Origin: Candidatus Dormiibacterota bacterium
GTDB lineage: Bacteria; Chloroflexota; Dormibacteria; Aeolococcales; Aeolococcaceae
Length of the DNA: 64,000 nt
NCBI GenBank assembly: GCA_963709585.1
Contig: CAVPXI010000004.1
Span: forward strand, 128,001-192,000
Direction of reading: 5' to 3'
Of the stretch, positions 1 through 9,826 are shown in pieces. The notes beneath the pieces were generated by a model. It was given only the letters and a program-made list of their open reading frames with translations, did not search any database and was not told where the DNA came from. Numbering within the stretch: the stretch's first letter is position 1; every line of letters begins with the position of its first letter. The translations under genes were made by a program, and so were the position numbers.

Positions 1-90
1 GCTATAGCTCACCCTGCTGAAGCTAGGAAATTGAGGCGACACGAAGTGCAGGGAGCAAAGACCGCGCATCTGCTCCAGAATCCATCGTGA
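1..90 (+). CDS. 3' end of an unidentified upstream CDS (partial)
   Basis: Frame 1 is open from base 1 (AIAHPAEARKLRRHEVQGAKTAHLLQNPS) to TGA 88-90, which overlaps the helicase ATG (TGATG coupling). Confidence 0.4.
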   Translation, partial: AIAHPAEARKLRRHEVQGAKTAHLLQNPS

Positions 91-2234
91 TGCGCCTTGC
101 CCCCGAGGTCGAGCGCGACGTTGCGCCGCCGATCCATCAGGCGATCAAGCGCATCGCGGCGCGCTCCAACTACGCCACCACCCTTGACGGCGCGGGCTTC
201 AATACCATGGACGCCGAGTTTGGTCACAAGCTCGCGGAGGGGCACCCGAGCGAGTGGTCGCCGAAGATGCTCTATCAGGCGTGGCGCATCTGCAAGCGCT
301 ACCGCGGCCAGCTTGCGAACGAGGGCATCGACTTCGACGCCTTGCCCGCGCCGCCGAACCCCTACGACGGCGTGGTCACCATGGTGATCGACAGCAGCCG
401 GATGGACGACACGGGCGGCACACCGCTTGCACCGCCGCGCTCGTCCACCGCTGACCGGCGCTGCGTGCTCGTGCGCGACCGAGCCGGCATCCCGCTCGAA
501 TTTGCCATCGCCTTCGAGTACAACCCGGCGCTGGTGGAGGCTATCAAGACGCTCTCCCGCCGGGCGTGGAATCAGGTCACGAAACGCTGGACGGTCCCGG
601 CGTCGACGGATCTGCTTTCCGAGCTCAACGACTTCCTGCACAACTACGGCTTCCACGGAGATCACGACACCGTGACCTTCATGCAGGAGTGCCTGCTGTC
701 TGCGCGGGAACAGCGCGATCAGGCGGAGGCCATGGCCGAGCTGAGCCGCGCGAAGGTCAGCGAGTTCGACGTGCCGACGATGTCGAAGGTCGATCAATAC
801 GGCCGGCCGCAGTCACTGAAGCCCTGCCAGCGGGCGGGCATCGAGTACGCGGTCAAGGCGAAGCGGACGTTCATCGGGGATCAGCAGGGCATCGGCAAGA
901 CCGCGGAGGGCATAGGAACCGTCGAGCACCTGAGCGCATTTCCTTGCCTCATCGTCTGCAAGAACCGGCTCAAACCCAACTGGGCGCGGGAGCTCGCGAA
1001 GTGGGTGCCGCACCGCAGCGTCACCGTGCTTGGCGCGAGGCCGGATCTCTTCGCGTCGAGCAGCGATTTCGTCATCATCAACTACGAGGCGCTGAGCAAG
1101 TTCAAGGTGTTCCTGCACGGCCGGCAGTGGGCGTCCGTGATGGTCGATGAGAGCCAGAAACTCAAGTCCCCGAGCGCGATTCGGACGGCCGCCGTGCGCA
1201 GGCTGGTCGAGGCGCAGGACACCGAGGTCCGGCTGCTCCTCACCGGCACGCCGATCATGAACAATCCGGGTGAGTTCGTCGCCCAGATCGTTATTCTCGG
1301 CCAGATGGATGCCTTCGGCGGCAGCCCGAAAGCGTACAAGCGCCGCTACGTGAACGGCATGAATCTGCAGGCTCTGAACGACACCCTCCGCAAGACGTGC
1401 TACATCCGCCGCACGAAGTCAGAGGTGATGACGGAACTCGAGCCGAAGTTGCTCGCGCCGGTCACGCTCGAATTGACCAACCGCGAGGAGTACGCCCGCG
1501 CTGAGGACGATGTGATCACCTGGATCGAGCGTCACGCGGCGGAGGATGCAGCCTTCCTACGCACGCTCGACGGCATGAGCACGCTCGGCCGCCAGGAGGC
1601 CACCAGGGAACACGCCGCCGACGCGGGGCGGCGAGCAGCGCGGGCCGAGGCGCTGGTCCGGATCAACGCGCTCAAGTACCTCGCCGTCAAGGGCAAGCTG
1701 GAACCCGCTATCGAATGGATCGAAGACTTCCTCGAGTCCGGCGAGAAGCTCGTCGTGTTCGGGGAGCGCGTGGAGGTTCAGCGCGCCATCGCCGACCACT
1801 TTCCCGGCTGCGCGCGGCTCGCCGCCACCACTCGGGACGGTGCCCGGCCCACCACCAACGTCGAGCTGTATGCCGAGATGGACCGCTTCCAGACCGACCC
1901 GGACTGCCGCCTGATCGTCTGCGGCATCGACGTGGGCGGCGAGGGCTTCACGCTCACGGCGGCAAGCGACGTGGTGCTGCTGGAGTTCGGCTGGACGCCC
2001 ACCGGAATCGACCAGGCGGGGGACCGCTGCCACCGCGAGGGGCAGACTGACAGCGTGACCGTGTGGCATCTGCTGGCGGAGAACACGATCGACGACTGGA
2101 TCATGGAACTGATCGATCGCAAGCGCCGGGTGGTCGTCGCAGCCACCGATGGCCAGGAGGTCGACGACGTCGACCTGCTCACCGAGATCATGAAGCGGCT
2201 CGTCGAGAAGCGGCGGGCGGGCGCCGCGGCCTGA
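90..2234 (+). CDS. SNF2-family helicase with HARP-like domain (SMARCAL1-like, phage-type)
   Basis: Motifs IGDQQGIGKT (I), MVDESQ (II), LLTGTPIMN (III), GEGFTLTAAS (V), QAGDRCHREGQ (VI); HARP-like segment FEYNPALVEAIKTLSRRAWNQVTKRWTVP. Confidence 0.85.
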   Translation: MRLAPEVERDVAPPIHQAIKRIAARSNYATTLDGAGFNTMDAEFGHKLAEGHPSEWSPKMLYQAWRICKRYRGQLANEGIDFDALPAPPNPYDGVVTMVIDSSRMDDTGGTPLAPPRSSTADRRCVLVRDRAGIPLEFAIAFEYNPALVEAIKTLSRRAWNQVTKRWTVPASTDLLSELNDFLHNYGFHGDHDTVTFMQECLLSAREQRDQAEAMAELSRAKVSEFDVPTMSKVDQYGRPQSLKPCQRAGIEYAVKAKRTFIGDQQGIGKTAEGIGTVEHLSAFPCLIVCKNRLKPNWARELAKWVPHRSVTVLGARPDLFASSSDFVIINYEALSKFKVFLHGRQWASVMVDESQKLKSPSAIRTAAVRRLVEAQDTEVRLLLTGTPIMNNPGEFVAQIVILGQMDAFGGSPKAYKRRYVNGMNLQALNDTLRKTCYIRRTKSEVMTELEPKLLAPVTLELTNREEYARAEDDVITWIERHAAEDAAFLRTLDGMSTLGRQEATREHAADAGRRAARAEALVRINALKYLAVKGKLEPAIEWIEDFLESGEKLVVFGERVEVQRAIADHFPGCARLAATTRDGARPTTNVELYAEMDRFQTDPDCRLIVCGIDVGGEGFTLTAASDVVLLEFGWTPTGIDQAGDRCHREGQTDSVTVWHLLAENTIDDWIMELIDRKRRVVVAATDGQEVDDVDLLTEIMKRLVEKRRAGAAA

Positions 2235-2417
2235 GCGACTGTGCGCGCGGTGGACTCGGGCAACTCAGTTACTTGTTTGCCGATGCCCGATGGAACGACC
2301 GGTGGCAACTGACAGGTTGGCATCGAGCACGTGCCAAACGACCCTTCATCCAGTCCTGACGGTCTTCGTTCTCCCTCCCGAGCCGCATTCCCGAACTTCT
2401 ATGCCGCTTCGGCACGC

Positions 2418-4025
2418 TCACACAGCGGCCCCCGCGCCGTCAGGTACCCGTCCGGGATAGAAGCCGAGCCTCGCGAGCGGCTCCACCAGCTCCTGCTCCT
2501 CGTACGCAAGGTGTGACAGGAGGGCGTCGGTCAGGAAGTCAATCGCCTCCTGGATGGCATCGTGACCCTCCGGTCGCGTCATGTGCTGAACCAACGCGTG
2601 GTCGACTTGCTCAATCGCGTCGTGGATAACGAGGTGCTCATCGGTCAAGCGATCGATCACCGGTTTGAGCTGCGGTTCGCGGCCCGCCAGGTGGGGGAAC
2701 AGCACGAAGTCTTCGCCGCTGTGGTGCGCGGCTACGACGCCGCAGTAGCGGGAGCAGATCGTTCCCAGCGTCCAATCGTTTTGGCGCAGGGCCATCTCGT
2801 TCAGCGCCCCTCTGGCGTCCGCGGCCTGCATCGCGCCGTCGCGTACCTGCCGCAGGATATCCCGTAGCTCCGACAACTCCTGCCGGAGCATGTCGTGCAC
2901 TCCTACGAGTGTCTTGGAAGCGCGGCGCCCCGCATCGCTGTAGCGGACCTTTAAACCGAGACGGTCGCGCCGCGGCCGTACCAACTCGTCCCACGGCGCC
3001 CGGTCGCTGAGACGGGTTGTTCCGTCGGGCGTCGGGGTGACCCCAAGCCCGTCGACCTCGGTCTCAGCAACCGGCGCCGCCAGCCCCGCCGGCGCACCGA
3101 CACCAACCGTGGTACGGGGGGTGGCCCCCGCTGAATCGCCCGGCCCGCGCTGACGCGCCTGTGTGACCGCCTCACGCACGCGGGGCGCAACCTCAGCCGC
3201 GAAGTCCACAATGGCGCGAGGTTCGGTTACCGTCACGATGAAGGTGTCTATCCCGTCCTCCAGCGCGAGCTTGGTGAACTCCGAGGCCGTATCTCGTGCG
3301 GGCGAGTCGACTCTGCCCACGTTCAGTAGGCGGCGGATCGCGTGGGGCTCGCGGTCGGCCTCCACAGCGGCAGCATCGATCGCGGCGTTGCCCGCAGTGA
3401 GGTCGCCGGGTTTCAGGCCGGCGGTTGTGGGCAGCCAACCGTCGGCGAGCCGGCCGACCAGCCTGAGCATCCGGGGCTTGAATGCGCCGACCCAGATGCC
3501 AATGTTGTGCACCGGCACCGGCCCGCGGGCGGCGCCGGCCAGCCGATAGTGCCGCCCGTCGAACCACGCGTCGCCCGACGCACCCGTGTTCCACAGTTCG
3601 CGGATGACGTGGATGCCCTCCTCGAGTGCCTCCACGCTCTCGCCAGGGCCGAGGCGTCGCCCATCCATCGTCTCGATGGCGTCCCAGGCCATGCCCGCGC
3701 CGATGCCAAGCTCGACGCGTCCGTGGCTGAGGACATCGAGGCTCGCGGCAGCTCGGGCGACCACGGCCGGTGGCCGGAGTGGCAGGCTCAACACGTTGGG
3801 CGACAGTCGAACGCGGCGCGTTCGCGCGGCGACGAAGGACATCAACGTCCAGGCGTCCAGCCGGGTCGCGGAGTAAGGATGGTCGTTGAACGTGACAAGG
3901 TAGTACCCCGCCTCCTCGGCGAGCTCGGACCAGGCAACCACTTCATCCGCCCACTCGGCCGCGGGTGTGATGAAGACACCGAACTCAATGTCGTGACCGT
4001 AATCGCCCATGCGACTTCCGCTCAT
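2418..4025 (-). CDS. LLM-class flavin-dependent oxidoreductase fused to C-terminal hemerythrin domain
   Basis: LLM motifs (TFNDHPY, LDVLSHGRVELGIGAG, GRLADGW); hemerythrin ligand pattern VHDMLR...HHSGED...EHLVIH...HLAYEE. Confidence 0.85.
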   Translation of the reverse strand: MSGSRMGDYGHDIEFGVFITPAAEWADEVVAWSELAEEAGYYLVTFNDHPYSATRLDAWTLMSFVAARTRRVRLSPNVLSLPLRPPAVVARAAASLDVLSHGRVELGIGAGMAWDAIETMDGRRLGPGESVEALEEGIHVIRELWNTGASGDAWFDGRHYRLAGAARGPVPVHNIGIWVGAFKPRMLRLVGRLADGWLPTTAGLKPGDLTAGNAAIDAAAVEADREPHAIRRLLNVGRVDSPARDTASEFTKLALEDGIDTFIVTVTEPRAIVDFAAEVAPRVREAVTQARQRGPGDSAGATPRTTVGVGAPAGLAAPVAETEVDGLGVTPTPDGTTRLSDRAPWDELVRPRRDRLGLKVRYSDAGRRASKTLVGVHDMLRQELSELRDILRQVRDGAMQAADARGALNEMALRQNDWTLGTICSRYCGVVAAHHSGEDFVLFPHLAGREPQLKPVIDRLTDEHLVIHDAIEQVDHALVQHMTRPEGHDAIQEAIDFLTDALLSHLAYEEQELVEPLARLGFYPGRVPDGAGAAV

Positions 4026-4042
4026 GTCCTCACCGCTATGGG

Positions 4043-4603
4043 TTACGTGTTCAGCTTCGCTTCGATTTCGAGCTGGAGGTCTACCTGGTCACCGACGACG
4101 ACGACGCCGGCTTCGAGGATCGTGCTGAAGTCGACCCCAAAGTCACGCCGGTTGAGCCGGCCGACGGCAGTGGCTCCGGCGCGCGTGCCCGCCTTCGGGT
4201 CGGTCGCAAAGCCTCCCAGGTCGAGTCGGAGCGTGATTGGTCTGGTGACAGCCTTGAGCGTGAGCTCGCCGTCGAGCGCGTAGTGGTCGCCATCGGGGCG
4301 AACGGCAGTCGAACGAAAGCTCATCGTCCGGTACTGGTCGACTTGGAGGAAATCTGCTGCGCGAATGTGCTTGTCCCGATCCGCGTTCCCGGTATCGATG
4401 GAACTGAGATCGATGGTGGCCGTGACGCTCGAGTCGAGCAGGGACTCGCCGGTCACGATCTCGCCGCTGAAGGATGTGAATTTGCCGCGAACCTTGCTGA
4501 CCATCATGTGGCGCACTGAGAACCCGATTTCGGAGTGGGTCGGGTCGATCGTCCAGGTGCCGACGACGTAGCCGGGGATAGTCTGTTCTGCTGTGGTGGT
4601 CAT
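4043..4603 (-). CDS. YceI family polyisoprenoid-binding protein
   Basis: WTIDPTHSEIGFSVRHMMVSKVRGKF and SIDTGNADRDKHIR signatures; GGAG RBS. Confidence 0.92.
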   Translation of the reverse strand: MTTTAEQTIPGYVVGTWTIDPTHSEIGFSVRHMMVSKVRGKFTSFSGEIVTGESLLDSSVTATIDLSSIDTGNADRDKHIRAADFLQVDQYRTMSFRSTAVRPDGDHYALDGELTLKAVTRPITLRLDLGGFATDPKAGTRAGATAVGRLNRRDFGVDFSTILEAGVVVVGDQVDLQLEIEAKLNT

Positions 4604-4640
4604 GGGGGACGCTCCTTGGTTGGTGGTTCAGATATGAATG

Positions 4641-4670
4641 GTATAGCACAAATCATTTGTATAACACAAG
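4641..4670. promoter_or_regulatory. Putative MarR operator in divergent yceI/marR promoter
   Basis: AT-rich; palindrome ACAAAT-C-ATTTGT (4648-4660) and direct repeat GTATA(G/A)CACAA. Confidence 0.5.
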
Positions 4671-4698
4671 TAGCAGGTTGCTGATATACTGTTGGTTC

Positions 4699-5175
4699 AT
4701 GACCAACACTCAGATCGAAGCCAACACCGCCACCACCACGTTGGCCGACAAGCAGCTGCTGCCCCTTGTTGACCACCTCGCGCGCGCTGCCCGCCGCTCG
4801 GGCGAAGCGACTCTTGAGCCTGGGGGGCTGCGCCCCCGTCATCTCATCGCTCTGAGGCTGCTCAGCGAGGGCGGACCCACGAGCCAGCAGGCGTGCGCGG
4901 ACTCGCTCAGCCTGGATCCGAGCAATGTTGTCGGCCTGCTCAACGAGCTTGAGGAGCGGCAGCTGATCACCCGACGTCGGGATCCCGCCGATCGCCGCCG
5001 CCACATCGTCGAGCTGTCACCCCGCGGCGAGGACGAGCTCTGTCTGGCCTACGGCCGGCTCCGCCTCATCGAGGACGATCTGTTCAGCGCCCTGAGCGCC
5101 GCGGAGAGGGCAACGCTCTACGACCTGCTCGTCCGGGCCGTCAGTGGCGCGTCGCCTCAATGCGAGGTTGACTGA
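4699..5175 (+). CDS. MarR family transcriptional regulator
   Basis: wHTH and RRRDPADRRRHIVELSPRG motif; TATACT -10 just upstream. Confidence 0.9.
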   Translation: MTNTQIEANTATTTLADKQLLPLVDHLARAARRSGEATLEPGGLRPRHLIALRLLSEGGPTSQQACADSLSLDPSNVVGLLNELEERQLITRRRDPADRRRHIVELSPRGEDELCLAYGRLRLIEDDLFSALSAAERATLYDLLVRAVSGASPQCEVD

Positions 5176-5463
5176 GGCATCGCCCGCGCTCGCCAAGCCC
5201 TCGCCCAGCGGAGTCTCATCGGATGAGGCTTTGCAGCGCATGCGGGGACTGCTCATCGCGGCCGAACGCCACGGTTCATGGCCCAGCGACCGCTCAGATC
5301 CATCGAGCCGCTCGACCTGGACTCGCCCAATCCAACTCCAGTAGAGCGCGCGGTCATCAACGGTCAGCGCCGCTGACGCGGCCGCTGGTTCGGGTCCGGC
5401 TCGGCATCAAGCTGGTGCTGGGTTCAGTCCGCCCACGCTTTGCAACGGCGACGCGCCAGGGAT

Positions 5464-5919
5464 CTACGTGCCTTTGAGGATCCGCGTCAGGTTGTCGACC
5501 ACCGAACTTGCTTGACGCAGCGCGGCCTCACCGATCTCGCGTCCGACGCGGTCAGCCCAGGCCCGTTGAGCGCGGCGAATGGTGGTCAGCGTCTTCCGAC
5601 CGAGAGGCGTGATCCGAACCAGCTGTGATCGCTGGTGCGCGGGATTGATGCCGTACTCGGTGAGCCTGTCTCGCTCTAGGAGATCGGCTACCCGCTGAAC
5701 GCTCTGGCGCGTGTACCCCAATCCACGGGCGATCCGCGCGACGGGAGCCGGCGCATCCGCCACGGCCTCGAGCACCAACCAACGCGCCATCGTCTGGCCA
5801 CCGGTCGCCGCGATGCCTTCCCCGGCGCGGCTGAAATGGGCCTCGAGCTGGATCACCGGAACGATAAGCGACGTCAGCACTTCGCCTGCCGGAGAGACAT
5901 GCTCCTCGCCCTGGGGCAC
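5464..5919 (-). CDS. MarR family transcriptional regulator (start GTG 5919, alternatively ATG 5955)
   Basis: ARWLVL...[17 protein letters not shown]...[16 protein letters not shown]. Confidence 0.85.
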   Translation of the reverse strand: MPQGEEHVSPAGEVLTSLIVPVIQLEAHFSRAGEGIAATGGQTMARWLVLEAVADAPAPVARIARGLGYTRQSVQRVADLLERDRLTEYGINPAHQRSQLVRITPLGRKTLTTIRRAQRAWADRVGREIGEAALRQASSVVDNLTRILKGT

Positions 5920-5920
5920 A

Positions 5921-5971
5921 TTGACAGCATGCTGTCGCTTTGCTATAGTCGTCATGACAGCATTCTGTCAT
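5921..5971 (+). promoter_or_regulatory. Sigma70 promoter for epoxide hydrolase overlapped by two palindromic operators
   Basis: TTGACA(5921)-17 bp-TATAGT(5944); palindromes GACAGCATGCTGTC (5923-5936) and ATGACAG-CATT-CTGTCAT (5954-5971). Confidence 0.75.
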
Positions 5972-6001
5972 ACAGCCAGTAGTCTTGAGGAGGCGAAAAC
6001 G

Positions 6002-7150
6002 TTGGCCGTGACCACCGACCGCAGAATCCGATCCTTTCGCATCGAAGTCCCCGAGTTCGATCTGGAGGATCTCCGAGACCGCCTAGCCCGCACCCGCTGG
6101 CCCGAAGAGCTGCCGGGGGTGGGATGGAGCCGAGGTGTGCCCCTGGGCTACCTAAAGGAGCTGGCGGACGACTGGCGCCAACAGGAGGCGAGGCTGAACG
6201 AGGTGCCTCAGTTCACTACGGAAATCGACGGCGCGACGGTTCATTTCCTCCACGTGGTCTCCCCCGAATCCGGGGCCCTTCCGCTGATCCTGACCCACGG
6301 CTGGCCCGGGTCGATCGTCGAATTCCTCGATGTCATCGGTCCGCTGACCGATCCACGCGCTCACGGCGGAGATCCGGCCAACTCCTTTCACGTCGTGATC
6401 CCGTCGATCCCCGGCTTCGGCCTATCCGGACCGACACATGAAACGGGATGGACCACCGCTCGGATCGCCAAGGCGTGGGCCGAGCTGATGGACCGCCTCG
6501 GCTACCAACGTTACGGGGCGCAGGGCGGCGATTGGGGGGCGTTCGTGAGCCCCGAACTGGGACGCATCGCATCGGACCGCGTTGCCGGCGTTCACGTCAA
6601 CGCGGCCACCTTCGGGTTCATTCCATTTGGGCCCGTCGACCCCGCCGACGCCGCGACCTTCTCGGACAGGGAGAAGGCGCGCATTGAACGGCTAAACCGG
6701 TTCATGAACGACGGGAATGGCTACTTCCAGCTTCAGGCCACGCGGCCGCAGACGGTGGCGTATGGGCTGACGGACTCGCCGGTCGGTCAGCTGGCGTGGA
6801 TCGTGGAGAAGTTCAAGGAGTGGTCACACGCCGACGAAACGCCCGAGGGTGCGATCGACCGCGATCTCATGCTTACCGACGTGATGCTCTACTGGCTGAC
6901 CCGAACCGCTGGATCGTCGGGCCGCCTCTACCACGAGAACATGCACGGCAGCTCATGGGGCCAGCAACCGGGCAAGACACCCACTGGAGTGGCGGTGTTT
7001 GCCGAGGATGTGGCCATTCGCCGCTACAGCGAAGCCGGGAACAACATCGTGCATTGGTCGGAGTTCGAGACCGGCGGCCACTTCGCGGCGATGGAGGTTC
7101 CCGACCTCCTCGTCCAAGACGTGCGCACCTTCTTCCGCGGCTTGCGCTAA
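6002..7150 (+). CDS. Epoxide hydrolase (microsomal EH-like alpha/beta hydrolase)
   Basis: EHN N-terminus, HGWPGS, GGDWGA nucleophile, GGHFAAME; GAGGAGG RBS before TTG. Confidence 0.9.
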   Translation: MAVTTDRRIRSFRIEVPEFDLEDLRDRLARTRWPEELPGVGWSRGVPLGYLKELADDWRQQEARLNEVPQFTTEIDGATVHFLHVVSPESGALPLILTHGWPGSIVEFLDVIGPLTDPRAHGGDPANSFHVVIPSIPGFGLSGPTHETGWTTARIAKAWAELMDRLGYQRYGAQGGDWGAFVSPELGRIASDRVAGVHVNAATFGFIPFGPVDPADAATFSDREKARIERLNRFMNDGNGYFQLQATRPQTVAYGLTDSPVGQLAWIVEKFKEWSHADETPEGAIDRDLMLTDVMLYWLTRTAGSSGRLYHENMHGSSWGQQPGKTPTGVAVFAEDVAIRRYSEAGNNIVHWSEFETGGHFAAMEVPDLLVQDVRTFFRGLR

Positions 7151-7441
7151 GACACGGGTTTCAATCGCCGCCATCCGGAAGGCTTTCACTCGCGCCAGGC
7201 CACAGCCTCCTGGGGACTTGACCCCGGAACAGACGCCACCAGCCCGTTACCGGCCTGAACACCTTCGCAACCAGGATCGCTTTAATCGGACGACGATCGC
7301 GGAGATCCGCGCGGAAACCTGGAGGGTTCACGCCCGCGTCGCTGCTGCCAACGAGCGGCGGCTACTCCTGGATCGCATCATGAGCGCCACTCCGTCAGCC
7401 GCTGCAGCAGCAATACCCGGCGTGAGATCCCCGTCGTGGTG

Positions 7442-8461
7442 CTACGTCATCTTCGTCCATGTGACGAGCTCGTCCGCCGGCATGGTGTTGATGACTATTT
7501 CGGCCAAAACACCGCAGGCGGCAGCGCGCTCGCACCCGCGAAGCTGCCACTCGAGCTGACCCGGCGCGTGTGCGTCGGTGTCGACGGCGAGCCGGCATCC
7601 GGTCTCGACCGCGAGCTTCAGCAGGCGCATCGGGGGATCGAGCCGTTCCGGACGTGAGTTGATCTCGACCGCGACGTGATGCTCGCGGCACGCCGCGAAG
7701 ACGGCGGCCGCGTCGAACTCCGACTCGGGTCTCCCTCGGCCGACGACGATGCGCCCGGTGCAATGGCCGAGGACGTCCATGTGCGGGTTGCGGATGGCGG
7801 TGAGCATCCTCGGTGTCATCTCCCTCTCCGGCATGCGGAGCTTCGAGTGCACGCTCGCCACCACGACGTCGAGCTGCGCGAGCAGGTCTGGCTCCTGATC
7901 GAGCGAGCCGTCGTCGAGGATGTCGACCTCGATGCCGGTCAGGATGCGAAACGGCGCGAGTCGTTCGTTGATGCCGCGCACGACGTCGAGTTGATCGCGG
8001 AGCCGCGCGGCGCTCAGCCCGCGGGCCACCGTGAGCCGCGGTGAGTGATCGGTGAGGACGATGTACTCGTGACCAAGGGCGATCGCGGTCCGAGCCATGT
8101 CCTCGATGGGGCTACCGCCGTCCGACCAGTCCGAGTGCACGTGGCAGTCACCGCGTAGTGCCCGTCGCAGCGCCAGGGCAGCCTCCGCAATGGGCGGGAC
8201 CTCCGTTTCGAGGCGTTGCAGGTACGCGGGTGTCGCCCCCGCCAGCGCCTCGGCGATGACCTGCGCGGTGACCGGGCCGATCCCCGCGAGGCCGTGCAAT
8301 GTGCGGCGCCTGCTCCGCTCCTCGAGGTCCGCATCTGGAAGCGCACGAACGACGGCGGCCGCGTTGCGAAAGGCACGCACGCGGTAGGTAGGTTCGCGCT
8401 CGCGTTCGAGGAGGTAGGCAATGCGCTCGAGAGCTGCGATAGCGTCGTCGCGGCTTGTCAA
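7442..8461 (-). CDS. PHP domain protein with PolX-type N-terminal helix-hairpin-helix domain
   Basis: YRVRAFRNAA/GIGPVT HhH; DCHVHSDWSDG, TDHS, EVDI, DTDAH PHP ligands. Confidence 0.88.
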   Translation of the reverse strand: MTSRDDAIAALERIAYLLEREREPTYRVRAFRNAAAVVRALPDADLEERSRRRTLHGLAGIGPVTAQVIAEALAGATPAYLQRLETEVPPIAEAALALRRALRGDCHVHSDWSDGGSPIEDMARTAIALGHEYIVLTDHSPRLTVARGLSAARLRDQLDVVRGINERLAPFRILTGIEVDILDDGSLDQEPDLLAQLDVVVASVHSKLRMPEREMTPRMLTAIRNPHMDVLGHCTGRIVVGRGRPESEFDAAAVFAACREHHVAVEINSRPERLDPPMRLLKLAVETGCRLAVDTDAHAPGQLEWQLRGCERAAACGVLAEIVINTMPADELVTWTKMT

Positions 8462-8470
8462 CTTCGTGCC

Positions 8471-9169
8471 TTAGGCTTCCTTGCTCTCGGCCGCGCGCTG
8501 CTGCGCCTGCCCCCGACGCTGGGCCCGCTGACCGTACGCGATGGTGAGCACGAGTGTGAGCGCGAAGACGCCGAAGAAAAGCAGCGGCGAGACGACTAAC
8601 AAGAGTGTGGTGGAGAGGAGGAAGCTGAGGCCGGCACGAATCAGTGCGTCCGCGATAAATGCAATTCCCCACATGGCCGTCATCATCCGCATGGAGTGCC
8701 GAAAGCCCGGGTACTGCCAGAGGTCGGTCCAGACGTGCGATCGCTGCGGGTCACCGCCGGTGGCGAACTCCTGGATGATGTAGAACATGAGGGGGCGCGG
8801 GGCAAACAGGGAGCCGAGGAAGACCAGACCGGAGAGGCCCGTGAAGAATGACTCCTTGACGAACGTGAAGCGAGGAGTCCCCGAGATGAGGCTTGCGGCG
8901 GCACCCACGACGATGAAGAAGAGCGATATTGCCGCGATCACGTCGATGCGTCGGGCGCGCGCCAAATCCCAGGCGGTGTACCCCAGCGGGAACACCGCGC
9001 CGGCCACGAGCGCTGGGACGTCGGCGACGCCGCGTCCCTTGAGCACCACATACAGCAGGACTGGAAACCCGCCATTGATGACCAGGTTGGGGATGAGCGA
9101 GCGGAGCACCCTGGCTGCGGAAGGCTGCTCGAGCCCTCGGGGCGGACGATTCGGATCGGAGTCGGACAT
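8471..9169 (-). CDS. VC0807-family membrane protein
   Basis: About 6 TM; KESFFTG...GSLFAPRPLMFY...FRHSMRMMTAMWG pattern. Confidence 0.75.
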   Translation of the reverse strand: MSDSDPNRPPRGLEQPSAARVLRSLIPNLVINGGFPVLLYVVLKGRGVADVPALVAGAVFPLGYTAWDLARARRIDVIAAISLFFIVVGAAASLISGTPRFTFVKESFFTGLSGLVFLGSLFAPRPLMFYIIQEFATGGDPQRSHVWTDLWQYPGFRHSMRMMTAMWGIAFIADALIRAGLSFLLSTTLLLVVSPLLFFGVFALTLVLTIAYGQRAQRRGQAQQRAAESKEA

Positions 9170-9265
9170 GCTCTCGACGGTCAAGCCTGATGCGTATCGT
9201 CCGACATCGTCAGCCACGCGGGCAGACCGCTCAGGATTTTCTCGGTGTCGCACGATGAGGGGAAG

Positions 9266-9568
9266 GTGACGCTGATCGCAGAGGGCGCGACCGGTTCCAC
9301 GCTGACCCATCTCGATGGCGCGCTCAGTCATGTCGCCTATCCAGCCGACGAGCTCGCGACCATCGACCCGCTCGATAGCCGTCCGCTGCTCGCCCGCTAC
9401 GACCTCGAGCGCGCGGCGAGGACCCTGAGCGATCGGCAGCGCGACCTGCGCATGCCCATCCGTGGGGTCTGGCGATGGCATGAAGTGCTTCCGGTGCGTG
9501 AGTGGTCGAACGTCGTGACGCTGGGGGAGGGCTCGACCTGCTGGGTCCCGATCATGGTCGGCCGGTAG
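9266..9568 (+). pseudogene. thrC: Truncated threonine synthase (N-terminal fragment only)
   Basis: PLLARYDL...GVWRWHEVLPV...VVTLGEGST, then homology ends near 9538; PLP-binding core absent. Confidence 0.7.
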
Positions 9569-9826
9569 GGATGGTGCTGAGCCGCTTCGCCGAGCTACAT
9601 TCGCCCCGTGACGGGTTCGTTCGCGCCCCGGCGTTTTAACGCGCGGCCCAGCGGGCGTGGCATTTGCAACGGTTCGCATGCGCATGCAGGAACGGTCCGG
9701 TTGCGGCCGAGTGTGGCTCGCCACCGCGCATGACACCCTCGACCCCATGGAAAAGAAGAGCCGCGCGGGTGCCAGGGCTGCCGATGACTGCAAACCCGTG
9801 CGCATCAACACCGCCGGTGCGTCGGC

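Noticed and set aside
6160-6185. Apparent short in-frame deletion in epoxide hydrolase (LADDWRQQE)
   Set aside because: Outside the catalytic residues; cannot separate natural variation from error without alignment
7151-7441. Possible gene remnant or IS fragment (also 5176-5463)
   Set aside because: No start signal, terminal repeats or recognisable motif
7442-8461. DNA polymerase X
   Set aside because: Nucleotidyltransferase core absent; only HhH plus PHP, a known architecture
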